From a virus (Duplodnaviria; Caudoviricetes): a stretch of 64,000 nucleotides of DNA. Position 1 is the stretch's first letter. The number at the start of each line of letters is the position of its first letter. Shown here one piece after another: positions 49,081-59,799 of this stretch. Position numbers and translations under genes: made by a program. The notes under the pieces are model-generated. The model saw only the letters and a list, made by a program, of their open reading frames with translations. It ran no database searches and was not told where the DNA came from. Location of the stretch: positions 192,001-256,000 of IMG/VR virus record IMGVR_UViG_3300028048_000001; one strand, given 5' to 3'.

Positions 49081-49317
49081 TATTTTTATAATTCCTCTCT
49101 TAGATAAAAATATCTTCATTTATTTGTTATTACACAGGAATTTTTTAGTAGTTCTTCATTTAAAAAATATGCCTCCTCAGAATATCATTTTGTGATTAAT
49201 TAGAGGTTATTATTTATGTAAAAATATATATTATAATAAAATCTATATATTTTTAAATTAAAAATAAAAGGTGGAGGAAATTTTCCTCCACCTTAATAAA
49301 TAATTAATGCCAATTAC

Positions 49318-50217
49318 TTACTTATTCTCAGTAGTCCCAGAAGCTGCAGTATTTCCCTGCTGAGGAGCTGCTGCCTGACCAGTAGGATTCATTGCATTAG
49401 GCATATTAGTATTCATAAATCCCTGCTGAGGAGCTGCTGCTCCAACAGGATTCATACTAAATCCCTGAGTCTGAGGCTGATATCCACCAGCGAAGATAGG
49501 ATTAAACTGAGGATTCTGCTGAGCAAATCCAGCATTCATATTAGGATTAAACCCATACATCTGCTGATTAGGCATCTGAGCTGCCTGAGGCTGCTGAGGA
49601 GCCATATTAGGCTGCTGCATAGCACCATTCTGAGGATATCCATATCCATACATCTGCTGCTGAGGAGGAACCATTCCCCAACCAGGCTGAGTCATCATAG
49701 CATAAATGTTAAACGGATTAACATTATATCCATTAGAACCAGGCACGAAACTATCAATACCTTCATATCTCTTGAAATCCTGAACAGCAATATTATACAG
49801 ATCAGGAATTTTCTCAATAAACGGAATAATCTGGAAATATTCAAGAGCAGCATTAGGATCAAGAGACAGATACATAATCTTAATAGTATTTAAAATATCA
49901 AGAATATTTTCTGTAGCATTTTTAATTTCTTCTGCACTAAAATCCTTAGTATAGAAATGTGTTCCACAAAGACCACAGGTGCAACCACCAGAACCATCAG
50001 CATCTGGAATAAGGGTTGAACTTCCAGTTGCAGAATCATAGTGATTGCACTGTCCTTTTGCAAGTTCCTCTTTGGTTACAGACAATTTAAACTGAGAAAG
50101 TCCTTTCTGAAGAAGTGCAAGATCTTCAGCAGGAAGCCAGTTGATTGTCTTTTTCTGCTGATACTGATTGGGTACCATACCAGGTGCTGGCATAAAACCA
50201 TTAGTGTACATGTTCAT
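49318..50217 (-). CDS. Zn-binding protein with Q/N/P/M/G-rich prion-like C-terminal domain
   Basis: CNH...CTCGLC; C-terminal low-complexity region; terminator 49268-49294. Confidence 0.7.
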   Translation of the reverse strand: MNMYTNGFMPAPGMVPNQYQQKKTINWLPAEDLALLQKGLSQFKLSVTKEELAKGQCNHYDSATGSSTLIPDADGSGGCTCGLCGTHFYTKDFSAEEIKNATENILDILNTIKIMYLSLDPNAALEYFQIIPFIEKIPDLYNIAVQDFKRYEGIDSFVPGSNGYNVNPFNIYAMMTQPGWGMVPPQQQMYGYGYPQNGAMQQPNMAPQQPQAAQMPNQQMYGFNPNMNAGFAQQNPQFNPIFAGGYQPQTQGFSMNPVGAAAPQQGFMNTNMPNAMNPTGQAAAPQQGNTAASGTTENK

Positions 50218-50414
50218 TTTTTATTTCCTCCTTTAGAATAATAAAATATGTACTTTTTGAATCTTAGGTGAAATGTGAGATTTTAACCGTTTGATTCATT
50301 ATTATAATACATTCTTAAAATCATTTTTACAAATTGATTTTTCGAATGAATTATTCAATTCCTTCGTATTATTTAGTTAGGTGCTATTTAAAGTTTAATT
50401 GAAAAATATAGTAC

Positions 50415-50918
50415 TCAATCTTTATTAACTAAATCATCATAATATTTTGATAAACCATTAATATCAGTACTAATAGCAGATCCTTTAAATGTTCCATAAG
50501 AAGATCCAGGTGCCACATTATCAACATTTTGGAAACTTCTAGGAGACAGAGCTTTATGAATAGTATCACCTTGAAGTTCTTTTAAAATATCATCAGAAGA
50601 TTTTGTGGTTGCAAGAGGAGATAAAGATCCAATGTCCTTATTAATTTCTCCACTTCCAGGACCAATATATGATTTTACGAAAGAAATATCATCGTAATAA
50701 ATATATGTTATTACAAAAGGTTTTTCTCTTTGTGTAAGAGAAGGAATTTCGTAAGAAGAATTTGATACATTTTTCTCTACATGAACAATACAATCTCCAC
50801 CATCAAAGAGCCAATGTCCTTCAATATTACCATATATAGATTTAACATCAATAAGACCCAATTCAACGGGTCTATCTTTAAATTGTTCTAATTTTGCTAA
50901 AACAACATTTTTAATCAT
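50415..50918 (-). CDS. Hypothetical protein
   Basis: AAAGGAG RBS. Confidence 0.6.
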   Translation of the reverse strand: MIKNVVLAKLEQFKDRPVELGLIDVKSIYGNIEGHWLFDGGDCIVHVEKNVSNSSYEIPSLTQREKPFVITYIYYDDISFVKSYIGPGSGEINKDIGSLSPLATTKSSDDILKELQGDTIHKALSPRSFQNVDNVAPGSSYGTFKGSAISTDINGLSKYYDDLVNKD

Positions 50919-50933
50919 AATAAAATTTCTCCT

Positions 50934-51992
50934 TTAATATCTTTTTTTCATTTGTTTCTTATAAGAATTTAATTCATTAATAAGACTATACAAATTACTA
51001 GCATTCTTTGTAGCATTTACATAAGAAAGTCTATTAAAGAGTATACTATAAATAGCAATATCCTGATTTACAATAGCAATAGATTGAGTAATATCTCTTA
51101 TCAAAGAATCATCAATTCTAATTAAAATATTATATCTCTCAGGATCATCTATTAAATTTGCTCTTTCAATATAATCATTATAAGTATAGCCTAATGAAAA
51201 TTGTAAAGCTTTATTAATTGCAAGTTTATTAGAACAATAATTTATCAAAGTATCAATAATTACAGGCATAATTATATATTGACCAAATTTATCATAATCA
51301 ACTCTGCCAGCAATCATATCATCAATTATTCTTTCTGCATTTTTACTAACTTCTTCAGTAGTAAGTTTTCCAGACGTAAAATAATTTTCTCCTCGTTGTT
51401 CTATCATTCTGATAAACCAGTTACTAATTTTTCTTCCATTAGGTTTATCATTATTATTGATATGTAAATCTTCTTTAGTAGTAGGTTTTGGAAGCATACT
51501 TCTATCCATATTGATAGGTATAGGTTGTACTCCAAATTTATTATCATAATTAGGAACAAAATCTGATACAAGTTTATCAAAATTCATCTGTGCATTTTCT
51601 TGATTTTCATTATTTTTATTATTGTTTTTAATCAATTTATTTAAATCTAATCCTACTGAAATTGTATTTTTTACCTCTTCTGTAACTAATTTATCTACAG
51701 AAATATTATCTACAGTTTCTTCTTTAGGGTTATTAATAACTTGATCAACAACAGCATTAAATCCACTAAATACTTTATCTTTTACTAGACTCTCACTTAT
51801 ATTACCATTAAAATTCATAGCAGAAGATTCTGCACTTTGAGTAGTATCTTTTTCAATAAGACTATTAAATTTTGGTCTAGTCATCATAGCCATTCTTCCA
51901 GGAATTTGTCTATGATTACCCGAAATATTACTTTGATTATTATTGGATATCATATTAGAATAATCTTCCATATTAATATCAAATTCGTTCAT
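50934..51992 (-). CDS. Hypothetical protein with N-rich disordered N-terminal half
   Basis: AAGGAG RBS. Confidence 0.65.
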   Translation of the reverse strand: MNEFDINMEDYSNMISNNNQSNISGNHRQIPGRMAMMTRPKFNSLIEKDTTQSAESSAMNFNGNISESLVKDKVFSGFNAVVDQVINNPKEETVDNISVDKLVTEEVKNTISVGLDLNKLIKNNNKNNENQENAQMNFDKLVSDFVPNYDNKFGVQPIPINMDRSMLPKPTTKEDLHINNNDKPNGRKISNWFIRMIEQRGENYFTSGKLTTEEVSKNAERIIDDMIAGRVDYDKFGQYIIMPVIIDTLINYCSNKLAINKALQFSLGYTYNDYIERANLIDDPERYNILIRIDDSLIRDITQSIAIVNQDIAIYSILFNRLSYVNATKNASNLYSLINELNSYKKQMKKRY

Positions 51993-52009
51993 TTTTATTT
52001 TTCTCCTTA

Positions 52010-52537
52010 TTAAACTTCAAATATAGTTTTATCTCCGACATTATTTATATCGAAGTCATTCACATTAAACATATCATCACCATCTAATATTTTTTTATTT
52101 TCTCTCATTACTTTCAAGAATCTAAAAACTGTTATAGGTGATACATCATTAAAATGAATATTATTTTTTTCATTAGTTACATTATCAGACACTACATCTG
52201 AATTTATAACACTACCACCAATAATAAATGAAGTGTTAGGATCTATAGCTTCATATTTAACTAATTCTTTAAGATAGTCATATGTAGCTTGTCTACCTAT
52301 TTTGATTTCCCATTGTCTTATTATATCATCTTTAGCATCTTCAGATGTATCATATATAGATAATAATACTAAATAAGCTTTTTTATCTGGATCTTCTTCC
52401 TCAAAAGTTATTGCAGGAATTACAGCTCCTAAATTAACACCCTCTTCTTCTTCAACATCTCTAATTATTTTATTTAATTCATCATTATCTGTTATAATTC
52501 TTCCATTTTGATTGAATATTTGTAAATTATTATCCAT
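52010..52537 (-). CDS. Hypothetical protein
   Basis: GGAG RBS. Confidence 0.6.
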   Translation of the reverse strand: MDNNLQIFNQNGRIITDNDELNKIIRDVEEEEGVNLGAVIPAITFEEEDPDKKAYLVLLSIYDTSEDAKDDIIRQWEIKIGRQATYDYLKELVKYEAIDPNTSFIIGGSVINSDVVSDNVTNEKNNIHFNDVSPITVFRFLKVMRENKKILDGDDMFNVNDFDINNVGDKTIFEV

Positions 52538-52539
52538 TT

Positions 52540-52881
52540 TTATACTCCATCATTAATAAGATTTCCTAATTCATCGCATTTAGCAAATCTGAATATCTGT
52601 TTAATTTCGGGATATTTATTTTTATCTACATCAGATAAGAATTCGATCATATCTCTGGCATATACAATCCCAGTTAAAATATTTTTATAAATAACAAATT
52701 TATCTACATTTTTTACATTATCGCTTGCATTATTTGCAACAGATATAATTTTATATAAATATTTTGTAATAGGATAAGGCTTATTATTATCATCTTTTAT
52801 ATTCATTTCATATTTAAAATGAATGTAAAAATCTCCAGGTTTAATATCTCTGACAATTGCTATCGGTTTACTGTATTTCAT
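52540..52881 (-). CDS. DUF1653-family protein
   Basis: PGDFYIHFK, YKIISVA, VIYKNI, YARDM.EFLS.VDK.KYP..KQ..RF; early-type motif at 52921-52930. Confidence 0.85.
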   Translation of the reverse strand: MKYSKPIAIVRDIKPGDFYIHFKYEMNIKDDNNKPYPITKYLYKIISVANNASDNVKNVDKFVIYKNILTGIVYARDMIEFLSDVDKNKYPEIKQIFRFAKCDELGNLINDGV

Positions 52882-52920
52882 TTTTATTTCCTCCTTTTAA
52901 ATAAGTTTTGTTATTCATTA

Positions 52921-52930
52921 TTATAATATC
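52921..52930 (-). promoter_or_regulatory. Representative early-type promoter motif GATATTATAA-WWWTG
   Basis: Recurs upstream of genes in the correct orientation at 5907, 8694(+), 17443, 21416, 22694, 37810, 46666, 50302, 52921, 54929. Confidence 0.7.
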
Positions 52931-52945
52931 TTTTAGTATTTAATT

Positions 52946-54166
52946 TTACCAATATTTAGGTTTATGCTTTACATATATTAATTTATTTTTAAATCTAGTA
53001 ATTGCTGTATAATTTAAAGCATTTTGATACCATCCAGGATTACCTAAATATTCTTCAAAATAAATACCGTAATTATACTCAGAACCTTGAGCCAAATGTA
53101 CTGTAGATGAATAAGCATATTCAAACAATTCACCTTTAAGATATGGATCATTTCTAATATTTTCTCTATCGTTTTTATTCTTTGCATTTATATAATTTTT
53201 ATTTATAGCAAGATCTATAAATACGTTATAAGATAAATCTGGCAAAAAATCTATTTTTATTGTTTTTCCATCATATTTTCCAACATTAGGTTGAGAAATT
53301 ACATTTCCTGTAAGTCCATTTACTAATGGAATTCCATCAATCATAATTCCCCAATTATTTTTCCTACATATTACTCTTTCTCCATAATTTGGTGTATCAT
53401 TGTAATAATGTAATATATCTTCTCTTATTTTTTTATTTAAAAAATCCCTTGTATTATTTTTTCCACACAATATAACATCTGCTTTAGATAAAATATTATT
53501 ATCTAATTCATCATCAAATATTACAAGAACATCATTACCATATAATCCATAATCTATTGGATATCCATATCTTGCTTTATGTGCTATATATACTAAAGCA
53601 GAATCTTTTTCTTGTCTCATAATTTCTGTTAAATAATAAATATTTCCATCTATAAAATATCCAGGTTCGTCTGCTATTGGTGGTAATTGCCCTGGATCTC
53701 CAGTAGCTATAACTTTAATATTTGTATCATCTATAAATTTTCTAAATTTTTTTGGTATCATCCAAGCTTCATCAAGTATAATTAATTTTATATTAGAATT
53801 TGTAAAATCTTTTGGAACAAATTCCCATTTATATGTAACTGTATTATATCTTGTATCTATAATATAATTTCCTTTTTCATCTATTGCTTTAACTTGAACA
53901 GGATAAAATAATCCAGAATGACAAGTACAAGCATTTTTTAATCCATGCAATCTCATTACCATAGCTGCTTGTCCAGTATAAGCCATTGGTAATATTTGAT
54001 CATCTCTTAATCCTAATCCTTTTACTATTTCTCCAATTAAAACACTTTTACCACATCCTGCTTCAGATGCTATTTGAAATAATCTACTAGATGAATTATA
54101 AAACCAGTCTATAGCAGCATTATAAATTATTTGTTGGCCATTGTTTAGTATAATATCATTCATCAA
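52946..54166 (-). CDS. SF1B RecD/Dda-like DNA helicase
   Basis: AGCGKS, AYTGQAA, LDEA, GDPGQLPP, LTEIMRQ, TVHLAQGSEY, YTAITR. Confidence 0.9.
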   Translation of the reverse strand: MMNDIILNNGQQIIYNAAIDWFYNSSSRLFQIASEAGCGKSVLIGEIVKGLGLRDDQILPMAYTGQAAMVMRLHGLKNACTCHSGLFYPVQVKAIDEKGNYIIDTRYNTVTYKWEFVPKDFTNSNIKLIILDEAWMIPKKFRKFIDDTNIKVIATGDPGQLPPIADEPGYFIDGNIYYLTEIMRQEKDSALVYIAHKARYGYPIDYGLYGNDVLVIFDDELDNNILSKADVILCGKNNTRDFLNKKIREDILHYYNDTPNYGERVICRKNNWGIMIDGIPLVNGLTGNVISQPNVGKYDGKTIKIDFLPDLSYNVFIDLAINKNYINAKNKNDRENIRNDPYLKGELFEYAYSSTVHLAQGSEYNYGIYFEEYLGNPGWYQNALNYTAITRFKNKLIYVKHKPKYW

Positions 54167-54647
54167 TTTCCCACTCGCTTTGATTTATATCATACTGATG
54201 AAGATCTGTATCTGCAAATGTACCATCTAAATTAAATATAGCTTCTATAAAGCATATTATTTTATTAATATACCAATTTCCTTCAAAATTAGTACCATCT
54301 TCAAATCTTATATTAAGTTTATATTTACCATCATCTTTATTTTTATCAAAGAAATATGTAGAACACACTGGAAGATTTTCTTCTTCTACAGCATCGTCTA
54401 AATATCTTGCAAAGAATCTTTCCATTAATTTTGTACATTTAGGATCAACCGGATTAAATCTTACATCATCTTTATTTATAAACAATGCTGTGTCATTATC
54501 TATATTAGCTTTTACAGGATGATCTTCAAAAAATATAGGACTTTTAGAATTTTGATAAAATAAAATATTACTACCTTTTTGTACTTCAATTCCAAGGGAT
54601 ATTAAAATATTCCTGGTAATCTCTGTAATATTGTTGATATTAATCAT
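54156..54647 (-). CDS. Hypothetical protein
   Basis: GGAGG RBS; overlaps the helicase start. Confidence 0.6.
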   Translation of the reverse strand: MININNITEITRNILISLGIEVQKGSNILFYQNSKSPIFFEDHPVKANIDNDTALFINKDDVRFNPVDPKCTKLMERFFARYLDDAVEEENLPVCSTYFFDKNKDDGKYKLNIRFEDGTNFEGNWYINKIICFIEAIFNLDGTFADTDLHQYDINQSEWEIDE

Positions 54648-54709
54648 TTATTTATCTTTATCCTCCATTTTTATTTCATTATTATAAAAATTATAATCAT
54701 ATTTTTTAA

Positions 54710-54889
54710 TTAATTATTAACCTCATCAATGCTCTGGATAATTACAAAAAAAGCTTTTAATTTCTTTCTAAAATACTTATCTGCCATAATTGCAGCTTTC
54801 TTTTCAGTATGAGCTTCTACGATACATGTAGCAAAATTAGAAGCATCATGATTTAATTCTGCGGTTATTTTCCATTTTTTAAGTGCCAT
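54710..54889 (-). CDS. Small 59-aa early protein, not in the ORF track (MALKKWKITAELNHDASNF...)
   Basis: AAGGAGG RBS; early-type motif at 54929-54938. Confidence 0.7.
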   Translation of the reverse strand: MALKKWKITAELNHDASNFATCIVEAHTEKKAAIMADKYFRKKLKAFFVIIQSIDEVNN

Positions 54890-54998
54890 TTTTCCTCCTT
54901 TTTATAATAATAATTTGATATATCATTATTATAATATCTCAATATATCTATTTTTAACATTCTGAAACTTCTATATAATTATTAATAGGAGAATAATT

Positions 54999-55445
54999 AT
55001 GGATAGTTCTATAATGAAAAATAATTATATAAATAGCAAATCAAATACTCTTGGTATTCACTATGTAGAATTAATTAGTGAAAAAGTTACATATGATAAT
55101 AATATTGGTAAATTTGTTATGTCATATTTAACACCAAATCTTTCTAAAAATGAATATGATACTCAACTTCCAAGACAAAGTGCTAGTAATGTTATAAATA
55201 GAGATCAACTAAGTCTTGGTGTCTCTAATATCACTACATCAAATTATGTAGAATTATCCATTCCTAAGCATTTATTTTATATTACTTCTATATCTGTTTC
55301 TGTTTATCATCCTGGAGGAGATAGTTCATCTACAAATCAGGCTAATGTTACAATACATAGAATGGAATATACAAAAGGACAAAAATTTTTAGTCTCTAAT
55401 TTAGCAGGAAATTATGATAATCCTGTAATTATAGGAGTGATTTAA
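54999..55445 (+). CDS. Probable baseplate/virion protein
   Basis: Late-type motif at 54966-54977; co-transcribed with the wedge-like gene. Confidence 0.5.
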   Translation: MDSSIMKNNYINSKSNTLGIHYVELISEKVTYDNNIGKFVMSYLTPNLSKNEYDTQLPRQSASNVINRDQLSLGVSNITTSNYVELSIPKHLFYITSISVSVYHPGGDSSSTNQANVTIHRMEYTKGQKFLVSNLAGNYDNPVIIGVI

Positions 55446-55447
55446 TA

Positions 55448-55918
55448 ATGGCTACATATTCAACAATGAAATCTGATCAAACGATAACTGTTCAAGATTT
55501 TATAGCTATGAAAAATTCTGATGAGATTACTTACTATAATTTTTCTATAGTTGAATATTTAAATGGATATGATATGTTTATTACAAACATATTATATGAT
55601 TATGAAGATGAATTAAAAGATTTATGTGTATATATCAAATTATCAGATGTTGAAAGACTTAAATATAGATATAAACCATATTTATTTGTATATGATTTAT
55701 ATGGTAGCAGAGAAATGGCATTTATAATAATGATGCTTAACGGCATTATTGATCCAAAAGAATTTGATTATAATAAACTCAAAGTAATTAAATACTCAAG
55801 TCTTGCAACAGTAATAAACAGAATAGGTGCTATTAATGAAAATTTTATGAATAAAAATAAAGCTAAATTGAAAAAAGATTTTAAAAATAATGAAGGAAAT
55901 AATATTTGGATAGAATAA
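55448..55918 (+). CDS. Baseplate wedge protein (T4 gp53/LysM-like)
   Basis: YRYKPYLFVYDLYGS.E.AFIIMMLN motif; terminator 55924-55960. Confidence 0.65.
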   Translation: MATYSTMKSDQTITVQDFIAMKNSDEITYYNFSIVEYLNGYDMFITNILYDYEDELKDLCVYIKLSDVERLKYRYKPYLFVYDLYGSREMAFIIMMLNGIIDPKEFDYNKLKVIKYSSLATVINRIGAINENFMNKNKAKLKKDFKNNEGNNIWIE

Positions 55919-55967
55919 TATATAATATAGTGGTAGGAATAGTGTTCCTACCACTATATTTTAATTA

Positions 55968-57872
55968 TTAATTTTCATTACTTATAGGAAACATTTCTAC
56001 ACTATCACCTATAGAAATATCTCCTTTTCCTAATATAGTAAATGCTATTTTAGCAGAACTACTATATTTCATACTTATTAATTCTTTTTCCCAACTTGAC
56101 ATTTCTTCTGTTGGGGGTTGTAATGGTACAAGTTCGATAATTGGTTGTTGAATATCATAATTATCATATACGGGAATAGATGGTGCTCCAATTACATTAA
56201 TATTTGGATTCATTATTTCATTTATGGATACTTCTCCTGTAGATACGGTTTCATTTACTGTTGATATATTACTTTGACTAAACATATCTTCATCATCATC
56301 AACTCTTTTATTAGAAATTTTAACATAGTCATTATTGCTCATTCTTAAAGGACCAGCTTCTTTATCAATAAGGGTCCATTTATATGCTGGATAATCACTA
56401 TTTACATCTTCTATTAATTTGAGTCCATGATTTTCCATAAATGGTTGAAAGAAAATTTCAACATCACATTTAGTTCTAGATTTTATAGAACTTATTCCCA
56501 TATAATAATTACCTTTTGAATCTGTTTCTTTATTTAAAATTATACCATTATCACAATTATCAATCATCAATAAAGAATCAGATACATTATTAACTCCCAA
56601 TGACCTAATGATATCTTTTTTATTTTTATTTTCACCAATATTTTTAGCAGCTTCTCTATTTAAATGGGATATAGTTATTACAGGTATATCTTGTATATTT
56701 GCAAATGCTTTAAATTCATTAACAATATTTCCCAAATCTAATCTCATATCTTTTGACGGATCAATAGACCTTATTCTTTTTATATGATCAACTATAATAC
56801 AAATTGGTTCTTTATTTTGAGATTTTATTTTATCTACTAAAGCATATAAATAATTAGTCGATTGAGATAAATTTGGTTGATATTCCATATATAAGTCTAT
56901 ATCTTCATGCCCAGAATATGCTTTAAGTGCATCTCTAAATAATGATTTTGCAACATCATACTGAGTATACTCAGACATAACTTTACCTGTAATCATATTA
57001 AAAATTCTTGTAACATTCTCTTGTACAGAATTTTCCATAGTTAAGAATACTATACAAGGTTTCTTTGTTGGATCTTTTGTTTTATATTCATAATTATATT
57101 TAGATATTTGTAAAGCAACATCCAATGCAAAGAATGATTTACCGGTTGCAGCTGTCCCGAAAAATATATATACTCTTCCAGATTGAAATCCACCATTGAG
57201 CATTCTATTAAGTCCTATTAATCCTGTTTTTAATACTCTTGATGGACTTGTTTCTTTAGAAAATATATCTCTAAAAGTACTATCAAATGTATCATCATAT
57301 AAACTAAATTCTGGTTCTATATTTTTACCACTTTCAATTTTATTAAAAGCAGAATTTAATTTTTGTACTAAATCTCTAATTTCATTTATCGTTAGAGTTC
57401 TATTAATTCCTGTATTACTGTGAAGATCTGTAGCTAATTTAGCTATATTATTAAAATTACTATCAACAAAATATGATTCTGATAATGAACAAGATTGTTC
57501 ATTTATATAAGCTAATTCATCATCAGATATTTCATCATACATTGAAATATCTAATAATTCTTCGTTACCAATACCACCATTTATATATTGTATTATTAAA
57601 TCTTTATCTTTTAAATGTTTATTTACTTTAGCTTCTAAGCCTTTTTTGATAAAATTAATTCGTTTTACTCTTTCGATATCATTACCATAATCTGATATCA
57701 TTACTTTATCAAATAAGTTTTGTACTAATATTAAACTTGAAGTTTTAATGTTTGAATTTGTAGATATAATATATCTACAATATAGATCTAATGTTTTTAT
57801 ATCAAATAATTGAGTTATTTTTTCTTTTTTCTTTTCTAAATTATTATAATTAGCTGCTCGTCTAATGTTCAT
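55968..57872 (-). CDS. DnaB-like replicative helicase
   Basis: TG...LN.ML.GGF, GTAATGKS, FLTMEN, IVDHIKRI, TISHLNRE. Confidence 0.88.
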   Translation of the reverse strand: MNIRRAANYNNLEKKKEKITQLFDIKTLDLYCRYIISTNSNIKTSSLILVQNLFDKVMISDYGNDIERVKRINFIKKGLEAKVNKHLKDKDLIIQYINGGIGNEELLDISMYDEISDDELAYINEQSCSLSESYFVDSNFNNIAKLATDLHSNTGINRTLTINEIRDLVQKLNSAFNKIESGKNIEPEFSLYDDTFDSTFRDIFSKETSPSRVLKTGLIGLNRMLNGGFQSGRVYIFFGTAATGKSFFALDVALQISKYNYEYKTKDPTKKPCIVFLTMENSVQENVTRIFNMITGKVMSEYTQYDVAKSLFRDALKAYSGHEDIDLYMEYQPNLSQSTNYLYALVDKIKSQNKEPICIIVDHIKRIRSIDPSKDMRLDLGNIVNEFKAFANIQDIPVITISHLNREAAKNIGENKNKKDIIRSLGVNNVSDSLLMIDNCDNGIILNKETDSKGNYYMGISSIKSRTKCDVEIFFQPFMENHGLKLIEDVNSDYPAYKWTLIDKEAGPLRMSNNDYVKISNKRVDDDEDMFSQSNISTVNETVSTGEVSINEIMNPNINVIGAPSIPVYDNYDIQQPIIELVPLQPPTEEMSSWEKELISMKYSSSAKIAFTILGKGDISIGDSVEMFPISNEN

Positions 57873-57938
57873 TTTTACGATACCATCTCTTTTAATGATA
57901 AAAAGTATAAGATAGTTATAGTAAAAGTATATTTCTAT

Positions 57939-58283
57939 TTATCTTTCTTTTGGCACAAAATCAGGACACATTGGGTCCATTTTAGACCAAGCTCTTCTTA
58001 TAGCTTCAGAACATTGACTAAAATAATATTTATTTGATCTTAGAGCTAAATTAAAATCATCTTCCATATTGGTATATCCAAGAGGAGCTTTTCCCATTGT
58101 ATCTTCGTTTAAATGAATATTTAAAGGATATATTTTAATATCACCTATTACTTTCTTTTTATCTTTTAAATATTTCCTATATCCATCTGACCAATTTGTA
58201 GGCATATTATTGGGTATTCTTAAATACCCTCTTACATTGTTATTATTTGTACCGTCTTTATATTCTATAGCAACAAATCTCAT
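57939..58283 (-). CDS. Hypothetical protein
   Basis: ORF in operon. Confidence 0.55.
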   Translation of the reverse strand: MRFVAIEYKDGTNNNNVRGYLRIPNNMPTNWSDGYRKYLKDKKKVIGDIKIYPLNIHLNEDTMGKAPLGYTNMEDDFNLALRSNKYYFSQCSEAIRRAWSKMDPMCPDFVPKER

Positions 58284-58298
58284 AGATTTATTTTTCCT

Positions 58299-58790
58299 TT
58301 ATTTAATAATAAATAAAATAATGATTAATACTAAAATTAATCCAGCAATTCCAATTCCAAGTTTAGTAAGTAATTTGGAATAAATTTGAGTTGCTTTAAT
58401 AGCAGAATTTATTTCATTAATATTATGATCTGTAATTTTAATCAATTTTTCTATCTTTTTATTAATAATATCAACATCATCGGTTAAATTTTCAAATAAT
58501 TTTTTATATGTTTCAAAAAGTTCAATATAATTTTGATTTGGATTTATAAATTCAATTTCATTTTTATTAATATTATCATCTACAAATTCAGATTCTCCAT
58601 TAGAACCATCAGAAAATCCTGGTGATGGTGGAACATCTTCTGTATCATCGCCAATTTTTTTGCCACGTTCATCTGTAATAATATTTTCTTCGGTTGGGGA
58701 TTCAATATTTAATGCTCCATCTTTAAATGAAACATTTTGAAACATTTCTTTAATATCAATATCATTTTCGTTAGTACTATTTTCACCCAT
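58299..58790 (-). CDS. Tail-anchored coiled-coil membrane protein
   Basis: Acidic N-terminus, heptad region, terminal TM LGIGIAGLILVLIIILFII. Confidence 0.65.
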   Translation of the reverse strand: MGENSTNENDIDIKEMFQNVSFKDGALNIESPTEENIITDERGKKIGDDTEDVPPSPGFSDGSNGESEFVDDNINKNEIEFINPNQNYIELFETYKKLFENLTDDVDIINKKIEKLIKITDHNINEINSAIKATQIYSKLLTKLGIGIAGLILVLIIILFIIK

Positions 58791-58822
58791 TTTTATTTCC
58801 TCCGTATTAATAAATTTATTAA

Positions 58823-59242
58823 TTATCCATGACTAATATTTAAATTTAAAAATGTAAGTAAAACTAAATTTATAAAATTCGTAACAAATATAAGAATAGC
58901 AACTTTGACAAGAGTATCATAAGCTTTTCTATAGTTATTGGTAGATGCTTTAATCTCTTCATCTGATGTTATTTTTATAAGTTCTGCTATACTAGATAAT
59001 CTATTTCCCATAAACTCACAATTATTATGAAGATCTATCATTATATCTTCTATATTTGCATTTATAGCATCATTTCTTTTTTTCATTTGATCTATTTGTT
59101 TATTAATTATAGATCTTGAGATTCCACATTCACTACCATCTTTATTAATTATATTGATCTTTTCAATGATATCATCATTATTATTATCACTATCGTTATC
59201 AAAAGTATCAAATAAATCTTCTTTATATTCTTCATTATTCAT
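58823..59242 (-). CDS. Tail-anchored coiled-coil membrane protein
   Basis: Terminal TM VAILIFVTNFINLVLLTFL. Confidence 0.65.
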   Translation of the reverse strand: MNNEEYKEDLFDTFDNDSDNNNDDIIEKINIINKDGSECGISRSIINKQIDQMKKRNDAINANIEDIMIDLHNNCEFMGNRLSSIAELIKITSDEEIKASTNNYRKAYDTLVKVAILIFVTNFINLVLLTFLNLNISHG

Positions 59243-59266
59243 ATATAATATACCACCTTTTTAATT

Positions 59267-59794
59267 TTAACCACCTAATATATGTATCATAAAATAGTAG
59301 ATAATAAAAAATATTTGTATAATATTTATAATAATTAGCCAATATATAGCATTTTTTAATTCTTTTATTTTTTCTTCGATAGATGAACGTGCATCGGTTT
59401 CTAATCTGTTTACAATTTCAAGAATAGTACCAGTTTTAATATTATTATCAATAATTTTTCTATTATTCTTATCTAATAATTTATAAGTATCTTCATAAGC
59501 TATAGTAATTTTTTTAGTAAGTCTATCATAATTATATTTTGTTTGCTTATTTAATTTAATTTGTTGTTCTGCAAAATCTTGATATTCTTTTCTAACTTCA
59601 TTTGTTTTATCAATAACATAATCTTGTACATTATTCTTTAATTCATAATTAGCAGTATCAATTGTAGCAGTTGCAATTTTAGTATCTTTATTATAATCTA
59701 CCATATTATCACCATTTTCTATAAAATATTTATTTGTATTTAGTGTCGTTTTCATCATTTTTAAAAACTTAGAATTTGGAGTAAATATAGCCAT
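59267..59794 (-). CDS. Tail-anchored coiled-coil membrane protein
   Basis: Terminal TM AIYWLIIINIIQIFFIIYYF; alternative start at 59704. Confidence 0.65.
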   Translation of the reverse strand: MAIFTPNSKFLKMMKTTLNTNKYFIENGDNMVDYNKDTKIATATIDTANYELKNNVQDYVIDKTNEVRKEYQDFAEQQIKLNKQTKYNYDRLTKKITIAYEDTYKLLDKNNRKIIDNNIKTGTILEIVNRLETDARSSIEEKIKELKNAIYWLIIINIIQIFFIIYYFMIHILGG

Positions 59795-59799
59795 ATGAA

